From: an uncultured Verrucomicrobiae bacterium
GTDB lineage: Bacteria; Verrucomicrobiota; Verrucomicrobiia; Chthoniobacterales; JAFAMB01
Assembly: GCA_963837955.1 (NCBI GenBank)
Contig: CAWIPH010000002.1
Span: 1,152,001 to 1,216,000 of the forward strand
Direction of reading: 5' to 3'
Length of the DNA: 64,000 bases
Shown here: positions 9,819-19,217 of the stretch, piece by piece
How positions within the stretch are numbered: position 1 is the stretch's first letter
How the letters are laid out: the number at the start of each line of letters is the position of its first letter
Position numbers and translations under genes: made by a program
The notes under the pieces: generated by a model
Seen by the model: only the letters and a program-made list of their open reading frames with translations
Databases searched by the model: none
What the model was told of the DNA's origin: nothing

Positions 9819-10925
9819 ATGAAAACGAGAAATGATATTAGTAAGCCGCTGTTCGCGGCTTGTGCCGCCGCTACGTTGCTCTCCATATCGGGTGCCGCTG
9901 CGCAGAATGTCGGGATCGGCATTTCCAATCCCCAATCTAAACTTACCGTCAACGGTAACCTTGCTGTTGGCAACAGTACCTTTAACGTCGCGGCTCCTGT
10001 CAACGGCGCGATTATTCAGGGGAATGTTGGGATCGGTACGATCACGCCCAGAGCACCATTAGACGTGACCATATCAAGCGTTCTTACTGAAACCGGTGGT
10101 GTGCGTACGTTTTTTGATTTCGCTACAGCTCCTGTTCTTACTCAACAGACCGTAACAACAACGACCAACGTTGCATCGGCAGTGTTCAGTCAGTCTGTCT
10201 TTACCGGCAATGCTTTCATCTCTTACGGTGGCACCCTTACTGCGTCCGATGCGCGTTTGAAGAATATCATTGGAAATTCGGACGGTGCTACGGACCTGGA
10301 GATACTCAAGAAGATCGAGGTCACCGATTACACGATGAAGGATGCCGTGACGTTCGGAAATAGATTGTTCAAAAAGGTAGTCGCGCAACAAGTAGAAAAG
10401 GTCTATCCGACGGCCGTCAGCACGATTGGTTACAAAAGCGTTACGTTCACGCCCGACATCTATGCAGTGTCTAGTTCTGTGAAGTTCGAGGGGCAGAATG
10501 TCTATACCGTCAGCCTTACCAAAACACACGGCCTGAAAGAGGGCGAAATGCTTCGTTTGATCACGGAGAAGAATTCCGAACTCAATGTCGTAGCTCATGT
10601 GGTGGATGACAAGACCTTCACGGTGACGACGAAAGAACCCCTCGACGATAAAGTGTTCGTTTACGGCAAACAATGCCTGGATCTGAAAAGCGTCGATTAC
10701 GATGCCATCGCGATGCTCAATGTGAGCGCCACCCAGGAGCTGGCAAAAAAGGTTGAAGCCCTCGAAGCAGAGAATTCTCAACTGAAAGCCGAATCCCGCA
10801 GACTCACTGCCGTCGAGCAGCAAAACGCTAAACTCGCCGCGCAAATGGAAGCCTTGGAGAAATCCGTGGCCGCCTCCAATCATCAAAAATCCGCCACTTC
10901 GCAAGCGGTGGCCCTCTCCTACTAA
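9819..10925 (+). CDS. Secreted tail-fibre-like protein with peptidase S74 domain
   Basis: Closest paralogue of 842-1984; SDARLK. Confidence 0.85.
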   Translation: MKTRNDISKPLFAACAAATLLSISGAAAQNVGIGISNPQSKLTVNGNLAVGNSTFNVAAPVNGAIIQGNVGIGTITPRAPLDVTISSVLTETGGVRTFFDFATAPVLTQQTVTTTTNVASAVFSQSVFTGNAFISYGGTLTASDARLKNIIGNSDGATDLEILKKIEVTDYTMKDAVTFGNRLFKKVVAQQVEKVYPTAVSTIGYKSVTFTPDIYAVSSSVKFEGQNVYTVSLTKTHGLKEGEMLRLITEKNSELNVVAHVVDDKTFTVTTKEPLDDKVFVYGKQCLDLKSVDYDAIAMLNVSATQELAKKVEALEAENSQLKAESRRLTAVEQQNAKLAAQMEALEKSVAASNHQKSATSQAVALSY

Positions 10926-10985
10926 GAACACGGATCCGGCGCGTTCGCGGTGCCAGCTCATCGAGAACGCACGAAAACGACACCT

Positions 10986-12383
10986 ATGAAAACACAAAAT
11001 AGTATTAAGCGGCCACTGTTTGCGGCCTGCGCTTCCGCTACGCTGCTTTTTGTATCGAGCGCCGTAGCCCAGAATGTCGGGATCGGTGTTAGTAATCCCC
11101 AATCCAAACTGACCATTAACGGCACCACCGCCAGCGGTGGCATCGCGGTGGGCGATAGTACCTATAACGTTGCCGCTCCGCTCGACGGCGCGATTATTCA
11201 AGGAAATGTTGGAGTCGGGACCACTGCACCTATTAGTAAGTTGCATATCTTTGATGCCAATGGCCCCGTGGTGGTAGTAGAGGGAGGGGGTTCTCCGCAG
11301 ATTCAAATACGAAACGACTCAACCACCGGTTTTCGAAGTTTCTTTAACATGGGCGATGCAACGCTTGCTAAAGGGTTCACATTGGCTGTTGATAACGGGG
11401 CCAATAATACGAATTCCTTTTCGATTCTTGATCGGGCAGCGGGAGTCGTCACCCGGTTTTTCATTGACCCCAATGGAAACACCGGCATCGGTACGTCTAC
11501 TCCATTGGCCACATTACATGTCGTGCCGAGCAGCGGATCGATTACCCGCAGCTCAGGCAATCTGGCAAACTTAACCCCGAATGGGGTCCAAACCGGGAGC
11601 AGTGGCGGTGGGAGTATCGGTCCCGTGAGTATTTATGCCAACGGCGCCATTGCTAGCGGAAACAACATTTATTGTAGCACTTTTCAGTCCGCGTTAACCT
11701 TTACCGCTTCGGATCTCCGCACTAAGGACATCATTGGTATTTCAGACTCGGCTAAGGATCTTGAAACTCTGAACAAACTCAAGATCACGGACTACACGAT
11801 GAAAGATAAGTTCCTATTAGGTGACAAGCCATTCAAGAAAGTGATCGCGCAGGATGTCGAAGCTGTTTTCCCCCAAGCGGTGCGCAAGGTTGTGAAATCA
11901 GTTCCCGATGTAATGCAGTCCGCAACAGCGAAGGAAATCTCGAAAGGCGAATTTCAGCTTCTCTTACCAAAAGACAGCGGACTGAAAGCCGGGGAGGTCG
12001 TTGAGATATTCAACAAAGACGACACACCGGAAACCGTCCGCATCAGGTCGACCGAGGGAACCGGTATTACCGTGGCTTTGAGATGCGTCGGAGACGGGGA
12101 AGACGTCTTTATCTATGGACACCAGGTAAATGACTTCGGCATCGTGGACTACGAAGCGCTGAGCATGCTGAATGTCAGCGCTACCCAGGAACTCGCCAAA
12201 AAATCCGCCGCCCAGGATGTAAAAATCGCTGAGCAGAACGCCCGAATCAAAGTGCTCGAGGCCGAGAACGCCAAGCTGGCGGCTATCGTCTCGAAAATGG
12301 ATAGTCTGGAAAAAGCCGTCAATGCTTTACAGACAAAGGCCGCTGAACGGGTAGCTATTTCCGAAAGCGCCCTGAGCGAGTGA
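10986..12383 (+). CDS. Secreted tail-fibre-like protein with peptidase S74 domain (longer fibre)
   Basis: Extra GNTGIGTSTP repeat; SDLRTK; VDYEALSML. Confidence 0.85.
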   Translation: MKTQNSIKRPLFAACASATLLFVSSAVAQNVGIGVSNPQSKLTINGTTASGGIAVGDSTYNVAAPLDGAIIQGNVGVGTTAPISKLHIFDANGPVVVVEGGGSPQIQIRNDSTTGFRSFFNMGDATLAKGFTLAVDNGANNTNSFSILDRAAGVVTRFFIDPNGNTGIGTSTPLATLHVVPSSGSITRSSGNLANLTPNGVQTGSSGGGSIGPVSIYANGAIASGNNIYCSTFQSALTFTASDLRTKDIIGISDSAKDLETLNKLKITDYTMKDKFLLGDKPFKKVIAQDVEAVFPQAVRKVVKSVPDVMQSATAKEISKGEFQLLLPKDSGLKAGEVVEIFNKDDTPETVRIRSTEGTGITVALRCVGDGEDVFIYGHQVNDFGIVDYEALSMLNVSATQELAKKSAAQDVKIAEQNARIKVLEAENAKLAAIVSKMDSLEKAVNALQTKAAERVAISESALSE

Positions 12384-12529
12384 TGAGCGATTGGTGAGCC
12401 GTAGTCCGACCAAACCGTCATGAGCTGGAAGTACTCTGGTCTCGCAGCGGTAATATCGTGCTCATCAATCACACTTTTCGATGGGATTGCGTGAGTTTTT
12501 GCGTGGTGCCGGTTTATGCCGGCCAGACG

Positions 12530-13440
12530 GGGTTCAACAAGAGGACACGAAGACAGAATTTTAGACAAAGAGATCGCAAAGGTCACAGAGAGGGGATTCG
12601 GTTTTTACCGCTCGCATTGTTGAAAAGGCGCGGCGATTCGACCTTAGGTTTGATCAGGTACTAGCTTCTTTGAGATCTCTGCGACCTCCTGTTCAAAAAA
12701 TCTGGCTCTGCGACCTTTTGTAGAGCTTGTTCGGTGCATTGATCGGCCGATTGGCGCCCATCCTGGGTTCAACCAGAGGACACGAAGACAGAATTTTAAA
12801 CAAAGAGATCGCAAAGGTCGCAAAGAGCAGATTCGGTTTTTACCGCTCGCATTGTTGAAAGGGCGCGGCGATTTGACCTTACGTTTGACCAGGTACTACC
12901 CTCCTTTGAGATCTCTGCGACCTCCTGTTCAAAAATCTGACTCTGCGACCTTTTGTAGAGCTTGTTCGGTTCATTGATCGGCCGATTGGCGCCCATCCTG
13001 GGTTCAACCAGAGGACACGAAGACAGAATTTTAAACAAAGAGATCGCAAAGGTCCCAGAGAGGGGATTCGGTTTTTACCGCTCGCATTGTTGAAGAGGCG
13101 CGGTGATTTGACCTAACGTTTGACCAGGTACTACCCTCCTTTGAGATCTCTGCGACCTCCTGTTCAAAAATCTGGCTCTGCGACCTCTTGTAGAGGCTTG
13201 TTCGGTTCATTGATCGGCCGATTGGCGCCCATCCTGGGTCCAGCAGAGGACACGAAGACAGAATTTTAAACAAAGAGATCGCAAAGGTCACAAAGAGGGG
13301 ATTCGGTTTTTACCGCTCGTATTCTTAAAAAGACGCGGCGATTTTGACCTTGCGTTTGACCGGGTACTACCTTCTTTGAGATCTCTGCGACCTCCTGTTC
13401 AAAAAATCTGGCTCTGCGACCTTTTGTAGAACCTTGTTCG
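12530..13440. repeat. ~3.9 tandem copies of a 235-bp unit with internal inverted repeat
   Basis: GAGGACACGAAGACAG anchors at 12541, 12776, 13011, 13246; AAACAAAGAGATCGCAAAGGTC pairs with GAGATCTCTGCGACCTCCTGTTC. Confidence 0.9.
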
Positions 13441-13460
13441 ACGACGACCTCGTTCCGGCA

Positions 13461-14321
13461 TCACCCAAGCACTGCGTCAATACTGAACCGAAACGGTCGC
13501 GGCGGTCGTCCAAGCACGTTCTGAACGTCTTCTGTCGGATCGCTTGCTTCGCCGCGTTGCTCGAAGGCCCGAAGGTCGTTGACGAAATCAGCTACCCATT
13601 CCGGCAATCCAGCGGCAACCATCGCTTGTTTAGCTTGGGCCGGCGTTATGTCGACATACTTAACCGGCTTCCCTAGTTTCTGTGCGAGAGCATCAGCCAT
13701 GTCAGGATAGCTGAGCTTTGCCGGACCGGTGAGCGTATAGGTCTTGCCTTCATGCCCATCTTTGGTCAGAGCCGCGGCGGCTACTTCAGCGACATCGACC
13801 TCATCGACCAAGGCGACACGACCCTCTCCAGCGGTTGAAAACATTAGGCCTTGTTCCTGCACCGTCGGTAACACCGCTTTTACCATATAGCGGGAAAGAT
13901 CTGTCGGCCGCAGATGAGTCCAAGCGATACCCGACGATTCCAGTTCTTGTTCCGCTTGCCAATGCCATCGGAAAAGGTCGATCGGCACGGTGGCGCTAGC
14001 GCCGGCAACCGACAGGTTAACCATCCTTTGTACGCCCTTCTGCTTAGCAGCGTGGATAAAATTTCGTTTCCATTCCGCCGTTTGTTGAGCAACCGGCGTC
14101 AGCAAAAAAGCCGAACTAACTCCGGTAAAGCTGGCTGCGAGTGAATCTGGGTCGGCAAAATCGCCTCTCACGATCTCGGCGCCGCGGGTCTGGAGCTTGG
14201 CTAACGTTGGATCCGGCTTTTTCGGATCTCGAACGATCAATCTGATTTTTTCGCCTTGTTCGACGAGTTGTTCCGCTAGAGGGGTGCCGATATTTCCTGG
14301 TGAACCTGAGATGAGAATCAT
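13461..14321 (-). CDS. NmrA-like / SDR NAD(P)H-binding oxidoreductase
   Basis: ILISGSPGNIG Rossmann motif; GKTYTLTGP. Confidence 0.9.
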   Translation of the reverse strand: MILISGSPGNIGTPLAEQLVEQGEKIRLIVRDPKKPDPTLAKLQTRGAEIVRGDFADPDSLAASFTGVSSAFLLTPVAQQTAEWKRNFIHAAKQKGVQRMVNLSVAGASATVPIDLFRWHWQAEQELESSGIAWTHLRPTDLSRYMVKAVLPTVQEQGLMFSTAGEGRVALVDEVDVAEVAAAALTKDGHEGKTYTLTGPAKLSYPDMADALAQKLGKPVKYVDITPAQAKQAMVAAGLPEWVADFVNDLRAFEQRGEASDPTEDVQNVLGRPPRPFRFSIDAVLG

Positions 14322-14350
14322 GGGGAGTTCGAATAATGGGTTAGGGAGTT

Positions 14351-14731
14351 TTAGTGAATTGGGTGGGGAGTTTGGAGATAAGCCCATCGTTCAGCGAGTT
14401 TCCCGGCCGAGACGCGCCAGATCACAATTCCGCTGAACTCCATCGCTATACCGGTCTGGGCATCCGTGGCTTGCCAGCGGTTGCGGACCGCAACTTTGTC
14501 GCCCTCGGCGATGATGTCTTCGATCACGACCCGAAGGTCGGGATAACGTTTAAATGCCGCCGCGAGGTAGGTTTTAGGTCCGAGGGGTCCCGGAGCCGAA
14601 TTGGGCGGGGCGTCACTTCCGTGTTCGCGATAATCCGCAGCAAAATTGCGGTCGGCGACATCCAGGTTTTTCTGGTTCACAAATTCCTCAAAATGGCGGC
14701 GCACAAATGCTTTGTTCTCTTCGCTCGACAT
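14351..14731 (-). CDS. SnoaL-like ester cyclase
   Basis: NKAFVRR..PDLRVVIEDIIAEGDKV..GKLAERW. Confidence 0.9.
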   Translation of the reverse strand: MSSEENKAFVRRHFEEFVNQKNLDVADRNFAADYREHGSDAPPNSAPGPLGPKTYLAAAFKRYPDLRVVIEDIIAEGDKVAVRNRWQATDAQTGIAMEFSGIVIWRVSAGKLAERWAYLQTPHPIH

Positions 14732-14888
14732 AACGGTGGTGGTGGGGGATAGGAGCCGAGCGTTCACGGCGTTGGCGCTCGTTGACCGCTTCGCTGGTTA
14801 TTAGACCCGCTAGCGACGGCACTTTAGCTGGCTGCCGGAGTTCGACAAGACGGCACTTTTTCGTTACTTAAACACTGATTAGTTCCTT

Positions 14889-15257
14889 ATGACGACACCC
14901 CGGAACCGCACCGAAGCCTGCCCGATCGAGGAGCTCATGGATATTCTGGCCGGGCGCTGGAAGGTTTTCATTCTGTGGGAACTGATCCAGGGGCCACGTC
15001 GATCAGGTGAGTTGCGGAAGAGCATTCCGCCGATCACTCAAAAGGTCTTTGTAGAGCAACTGCGAGATCTGGAAGACAACGGCCTGGTCAAGCGCACGGT
15101 TTTTCCAACGGTACCGCCGAGGGTAGAGTACGAGGCAACGCCACTCGGTCATTCGCTTCGCGATATCCTAAAGGGGATGTGTCACTGGTCGTCAGAGAAC
15201 ATGGAAAAGGTTCGCGAGTTTCGGCGGACGCGGCGGTTGGAATCGGTGGAGAAATAG
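14889..15257 (+). CDS. HxlR-family transcriptional regulator
   Basis: CP..GRWK..PTVPPRVEY; divergent from the cyclase and oxidoreductase genes. Confidence 0.9.
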   Translation: MTTPRNRTEACPIEELMDILAGRWKVFILWELIQGPRRSGELRKSIPPITQKVFVEQLRDLEDNGLVKRTVFPTVPPRVEYEATPLGHSLRDILKGMCHWSSENMEKVREFRRTRRLESVEK

Positions 15258-15335
15258 AAGTAACCTTGGTTTGTGTTTCGAAAAGAAATGTCACGCCGGT
15301 AGCTTCTTTTTCGGCAGCATGTATAGGTTTATCTC

Positions 15336-15560
15336 ATGCGCTCTGTTACTTTGAGTGCGGCATTAAATCCTGAGGACTCCGGCTACGTCGCTCTTTGCCC
15401 TGAGCCATACGTTGCCAGCGAAGGCGGGTCGATAGATCAGGCCTTAGCCAACTTAGGGGAAGCGGTCGAAGGCTTCTTTGAGCCAGCGAGCCCGAGCGAA
15501 ATCGAAACTCCCCCCAATCCTCCCGCTTTTTTCACTCACTTCGAAGTAGCACGTGCCTGA
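15336..15560 (+). CDS. hicB: HicB-family antitoxin-like protein
   Basis: GYVALCPE..VASEG.SIDQALANLGEAV. Confidence 0.7.
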   Translation: MRSVTLSAALNPEDSGYVALCPEPYVASEGGSIDQALANLGEAVEGFFEPASPSEIETPPNPPAFFTHFEVARA

Positions 15561-15590
15561 GCTGGGCATGCGAAAACCACCAAAAAAGCG

Positions 15591-16205
15591 ATGAGAGCGC
15601 GGAATGGGCAATTTCGTCCTCAACCCGGCCCCGTCACAGCCCACAATTTTAAGAAAGCCCCTGGGTTTCCGGCCGCGAAACACTTCGTATTTCTCAGCTT
15701 TCTCGCGCTCGCGAGTTGCGCGACCGGCTACCAACCGCGAAACCTCTCCGGAGGCTTCTCCGACTACATGACGGCGCCCGACGAGGCGGTCGTAACGTTC
15801 CGTGGGAACGACTATACGAGTGCCGAGCGCGTCATTATGATGACTTTTTTGCGTTGTGCGGATGTAACGCTAGAGCACGGATACCGTTATTTTGTAGGAA
15901 TTAGCATGGTTGACTTGAGCACCAATTCCTCCTTTGCCAGTCCGGGGCATGCCAGCATCTCTGACAATGTTTTCGAAGACGGAAACTACGCCATGGCAAG
16001 CGCGACCCCTATTATCACGTCTTCTCAGACGCTCAAGATCTTAAGACCAGCCGTATCGATGAGGATCAGAATGTCCAATGATGAACAGTCCTTGGAGCCC
16101 TTGGGTGGAGTAATTGACCGTCAGGAGGCCCGCCCGCAAGATGCGGCTTTCCTGAGCCACTCCTTGCGGCAAGCTTTAGGTATCGAGAAAGCATCTGCCA
16201 ATTGA
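15591..16205 (+). CDS. Lipoprotein, CC0125/CC1285-like
   Basis: LASC lipobox; ATGYQP..VTFRGN.YT..LR.A.VTLE.GYRYF. Confidence 0.7.
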   Translation: MRARNGQFRPQPGPVTAHNFKKAPGFPAAKHFVFLSFLALASCATGYQPRNLSGGFSDYMTAPDEAVVTFRGNDYTSAERVIMMTFLRCADVTLEHGYRYFVGISMVDLSTNSSFASPGHASISDNVFEDGNYAMASATPIITSSQTLKILRPAVSMRIRMSNDEQSLEPLGGVIDRQEARPQDAAFLSHSLRQALGIEKASAN

Positions 16206-16370
16206 TCCCGAACATCCACGATTCATGATTGGTGAGGTGTTAATTGTTAAGCCGCGACCCTCCTGTCTCTGGAGCAATCCCCTTTACCCCCACCACAACC
16301 GTCCAGGTCACGAAATTCCTGGCAGCAATCTGCCTTCCCAAGGGTTGCGACGCTTCTTGCGAATTATCGG

Positions 16371-17952
16371 TCACTTGCGGCGCCTGTCCTCCAACTCTTC
16401 CACTATGTTCCAGAGAAGGTCTCGAAGATCCCGTTTTGACTCATGCGTTCTGTGCGAATGCTCATCCACAACCAATTCTAGGTCCCCGATTTCAAGCTTT
16501 CTTTCATACTTCAAACCGGAGACACGAAATCCCTCTAACCCAGCCCTTTCCTCGGCTTCCTCATGCCTCTCCTCTTCTTCTTCTGCCCAAAAAATATGGA
16601 CGAAGAAAGGGTCGATTGAGATGGGCACGGGGATCGTGCCTGTTACATCGAGCAACGTGTGCGAACTAAAATCGGCGTTTCGCTGGTAGTGTACGCCATG
16701 CGGGAAATTCGCCAGAGTCTGGAGTATTGTTTGCGGTGAAGGCTCCGTAAAAGTCGCGCCCATGCGCCATGAAGTGCACGTAGTCGCCCAGATAGGGACC
16801 GATTAGCGGATTGGGAGCGGGAGTGTTTGCAGGTGTTGTTGATAGCAGGTAGTCGTGCCACTTCACGCCATGTTCTGAGAATTGAGCGTGTGTTTCCCAT
16901 TGCTGGGTGGCACCACTGCCCGTGAGCTGCTGATAAAGAATGCCAACTTTGCCCTCATCGCTTATCGAAATTGAGGGGTTGGTCACGCTTACGACCGTGA
17001 GGAGATCCGCGGACCAAGTCTGACCAGCATCATCCGACCGACGTACATGAAGGTTGTAACCGCCTGCCTGCTGATCGCACCACGCAAGAAACAGCCGTGA
17101 AGCCTCCCTCGGATCAACCGCTAGGGTCAGGTCGTTGCCGATGCGCTGGAAGCCAAGCGACGCGCCAAAATTGAGGTTTACGTTCGTCACAACCCGTTGA
17201 CCAGCAACTCCATCTCCCGAGTCAATGAGATCCTGGAAGGGAGTTGCGCCCGTCGCCCAATGATCGTCGCGCACGATCACGACGTCACTCGAACCTGAGC
17301 CTGACGGCGCGCGCCAACCAAAGAACGCCGCGTAAACCTTGCCATCGCGGTGAATCGCCGGGCGAACCGCTGGTCCATTCTGACCCGAGGTCGCCCGAAA
17401 TTCGACGACCGACGGATTGAACGTGGGTAGCAGCGCCGCGTCGTCTGCGGAAACGTCTACGGCCGCAGTCGCACCAGCTAAACTCAGATCATTGTATCCG
17501 ACGTACGCGCGGTCTTTCCCTTCGTCGACACCGTGCGGGACTGTCCGAGCTTCGACGTACGGCTGATCTGGCCCGGATCGCTGGTCCATCAGTTGCAACG
17601 ACGTTGCGCTGAAGGGATCTGGAGTTCGTAGAACGTTCAGATTTCCGATGTCGGCCCGTAACTCGCTTACGCAAAGTTCGTGACGGCTAAACCGAAGTGT
17701 CACATCGCCCGTTCCAAACGTCGGTAGCAACGATCCGGGGATCAGAGGATTGAGGGTCCAGGTATGGCCGCGATCATGAGAAAGAAAGATTGGTGCGAAC
17801 GTAGAACCGCCCGGATCCGGCGTGATTGACGTGGTTCCCGCAATTCGGCGTGGCTCAATCGGATGAACTGCGAGGTTTGCTTCTGAGTCCTGATTGGTCT
17901 CGTTACTCAGAGACCGCGGGATCATATTCACGACCTTGATGTGAGTCTTCAT
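16371..17952 (-). CDS. Sialidase/BNR-repeat beta-propeller protein, frameshifted near 16717
   Basis: Asp-boxes SHDRGHTW and SDDAGQTW; YLGDY; reading continues ANFPHGVHYQRN in another frame. Confidence 0.7.
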
Positions 17953-18003
17953 GAGATACCTCGTACGAACGTCTGGCGTATAGAAGGCATATTAGTGCTG
18001 TTA

Positions 18004-18732
18004 TTAGTCCTCAGTGAGAAGCTGCTGGATCCGTGGTAGCGCATCAGAAGGCTGGAAGTCTGCGGGGTCGAGCGCGGTCAGCGCATCCGGGGGAGCGCCC
18101 CATTTCGCAGCCCCTCTGTGAAGTAGAAAAACACCCTCTTCATGCTCGCCAAAACGGTGGGCTCCCGCCCAAAGAACGTCGCGACCCGAAGGAAACAGCA
18201 ACGCTATCTTCTCGCCTCTGCGCCCACCCTTGAGCGGTTTCGTGACCTTCACATCAGCGTACATCCATCGTGGAGAATGAAATGAAATAGGCTCTTTGAT
18301 TCCGCTTTGCCGGACGCGCTCGACGGTGCCAACGATCACGATATCGGCGGTCTCAAGTCGCGCTTTAAGATGCTTATTCGGCAGGGTTTCAACAGCGGCT
18401 GCGACTTCTCGCTCGTTCTTTGCGCCCACGTCGCGATGGCCAACTTCGCGAAGCACGATCTGAGCGCCATAGACTAAACCGTTTGTAAAGAAGATAGCGT
18501 GATGACCAACATTCAGGCCGTCGCCATTGTTCAGTTCAATGGTAACATTCCGTCCTGCTAAACCGCCGAGTGCGGGCCCGGCTCGAAAGACCGAGTCGAC
18601 GTGGGCGACGACCAGCCGCGGACTTGCCGGAACGGTCGGCTCGATGGAAGCGCCCCGCTGAGACACGGTGGCGCGTATAATGACACTTGATCGCTCTACG
18701 AGTCTGACAATATTTTCTGCGGATTCAGGCAT
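18004..18732 (-). CDS. Hypothetical protein with two similar beta-rich halves
   Basis: RBS GAGGAG; repeated S..IIRATV / ADIVIVGTV; likely operon with the sialidase-like gene. Confidence 0.7.
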   Translation of the reverse strand: MPESAENIVRLVERSSVIIRATVSQRGASIEPTVPASPRLVVAHVDSVFRAGPALGGLAGRNVTIELNNGDGLNVGHHAIFFTNGLVYGAQIVLREVGHRDVGAKNEREVAAAVETLPNKHLKARLETADIVIVGTVERVRQSGIKEPISFHSPRWMYADVKVTKPLKGGRRGEKIALLFPSGRDVLWAGAHRFGEHEEGVFLLHRGAAKWGAPPDALTALDPADFQPSDALPRIQQLLTED

Positions 18733-19217
18733 GATGCGCTCCTCACGGGCCGACTCCTAGTGTTCAATGTCCTCAACCGCTAAAACGGTCGAGTAAAATC
18801 GGCACCCATCGGTCCACTGTTGTTTTCGCTTTCCGGCCAGCCACATTGAATTTGGCAACCGAAATTTTCCCTTCAAAACGAGACCAGTACCGAAGAATGA
18901 GACTTGGTGGGAATAGCTACAGAACACACATGTAGCACCACCGAACGTTACGGTAAATACGTAGAAATACGTACACGAGCCCAATACGAAGTGCTTGGGC
19001 AAAACGATGCAAGAAAACGCGTCCTTCCCGCCACGGACGATATGCTCTCGCTATCGACCAGGTGCTCGTGCCGCGGCTAGCCCCATCAGTGCCAGCGAAA
19101 TAAGCCATAGCAAAATAAACGCTTCCATTTCTCTAGCTTTTCTCGTGATTTGTTCTGTCGCCGACGTACCGGCAGTCACACTCCTTTACAAACACCGCTT
19201 GAAAGTCCGACAAGGTG

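Noticed and set aside
10074..11306. 410-aa minus-strand ORF and similar long antisense ORFs (1268-2005, 24767-25738, 29769-30587)
   Set aside because: Shadows of well-supported genes on the opposite strand
842..12383. Prophage or diversity-generating retroelement
   Set aside because: No capsid, terminase, integrase or reverse transcriptase; differences are block-wise rather than adenine-specific
12796..13291. Repeated ORFs in the 235-bp array and ORFs across REP or heptamer arrays (47192-47572, 52969-53331, 37065-37859)
   Set aside because: Translations of non-coding repeats
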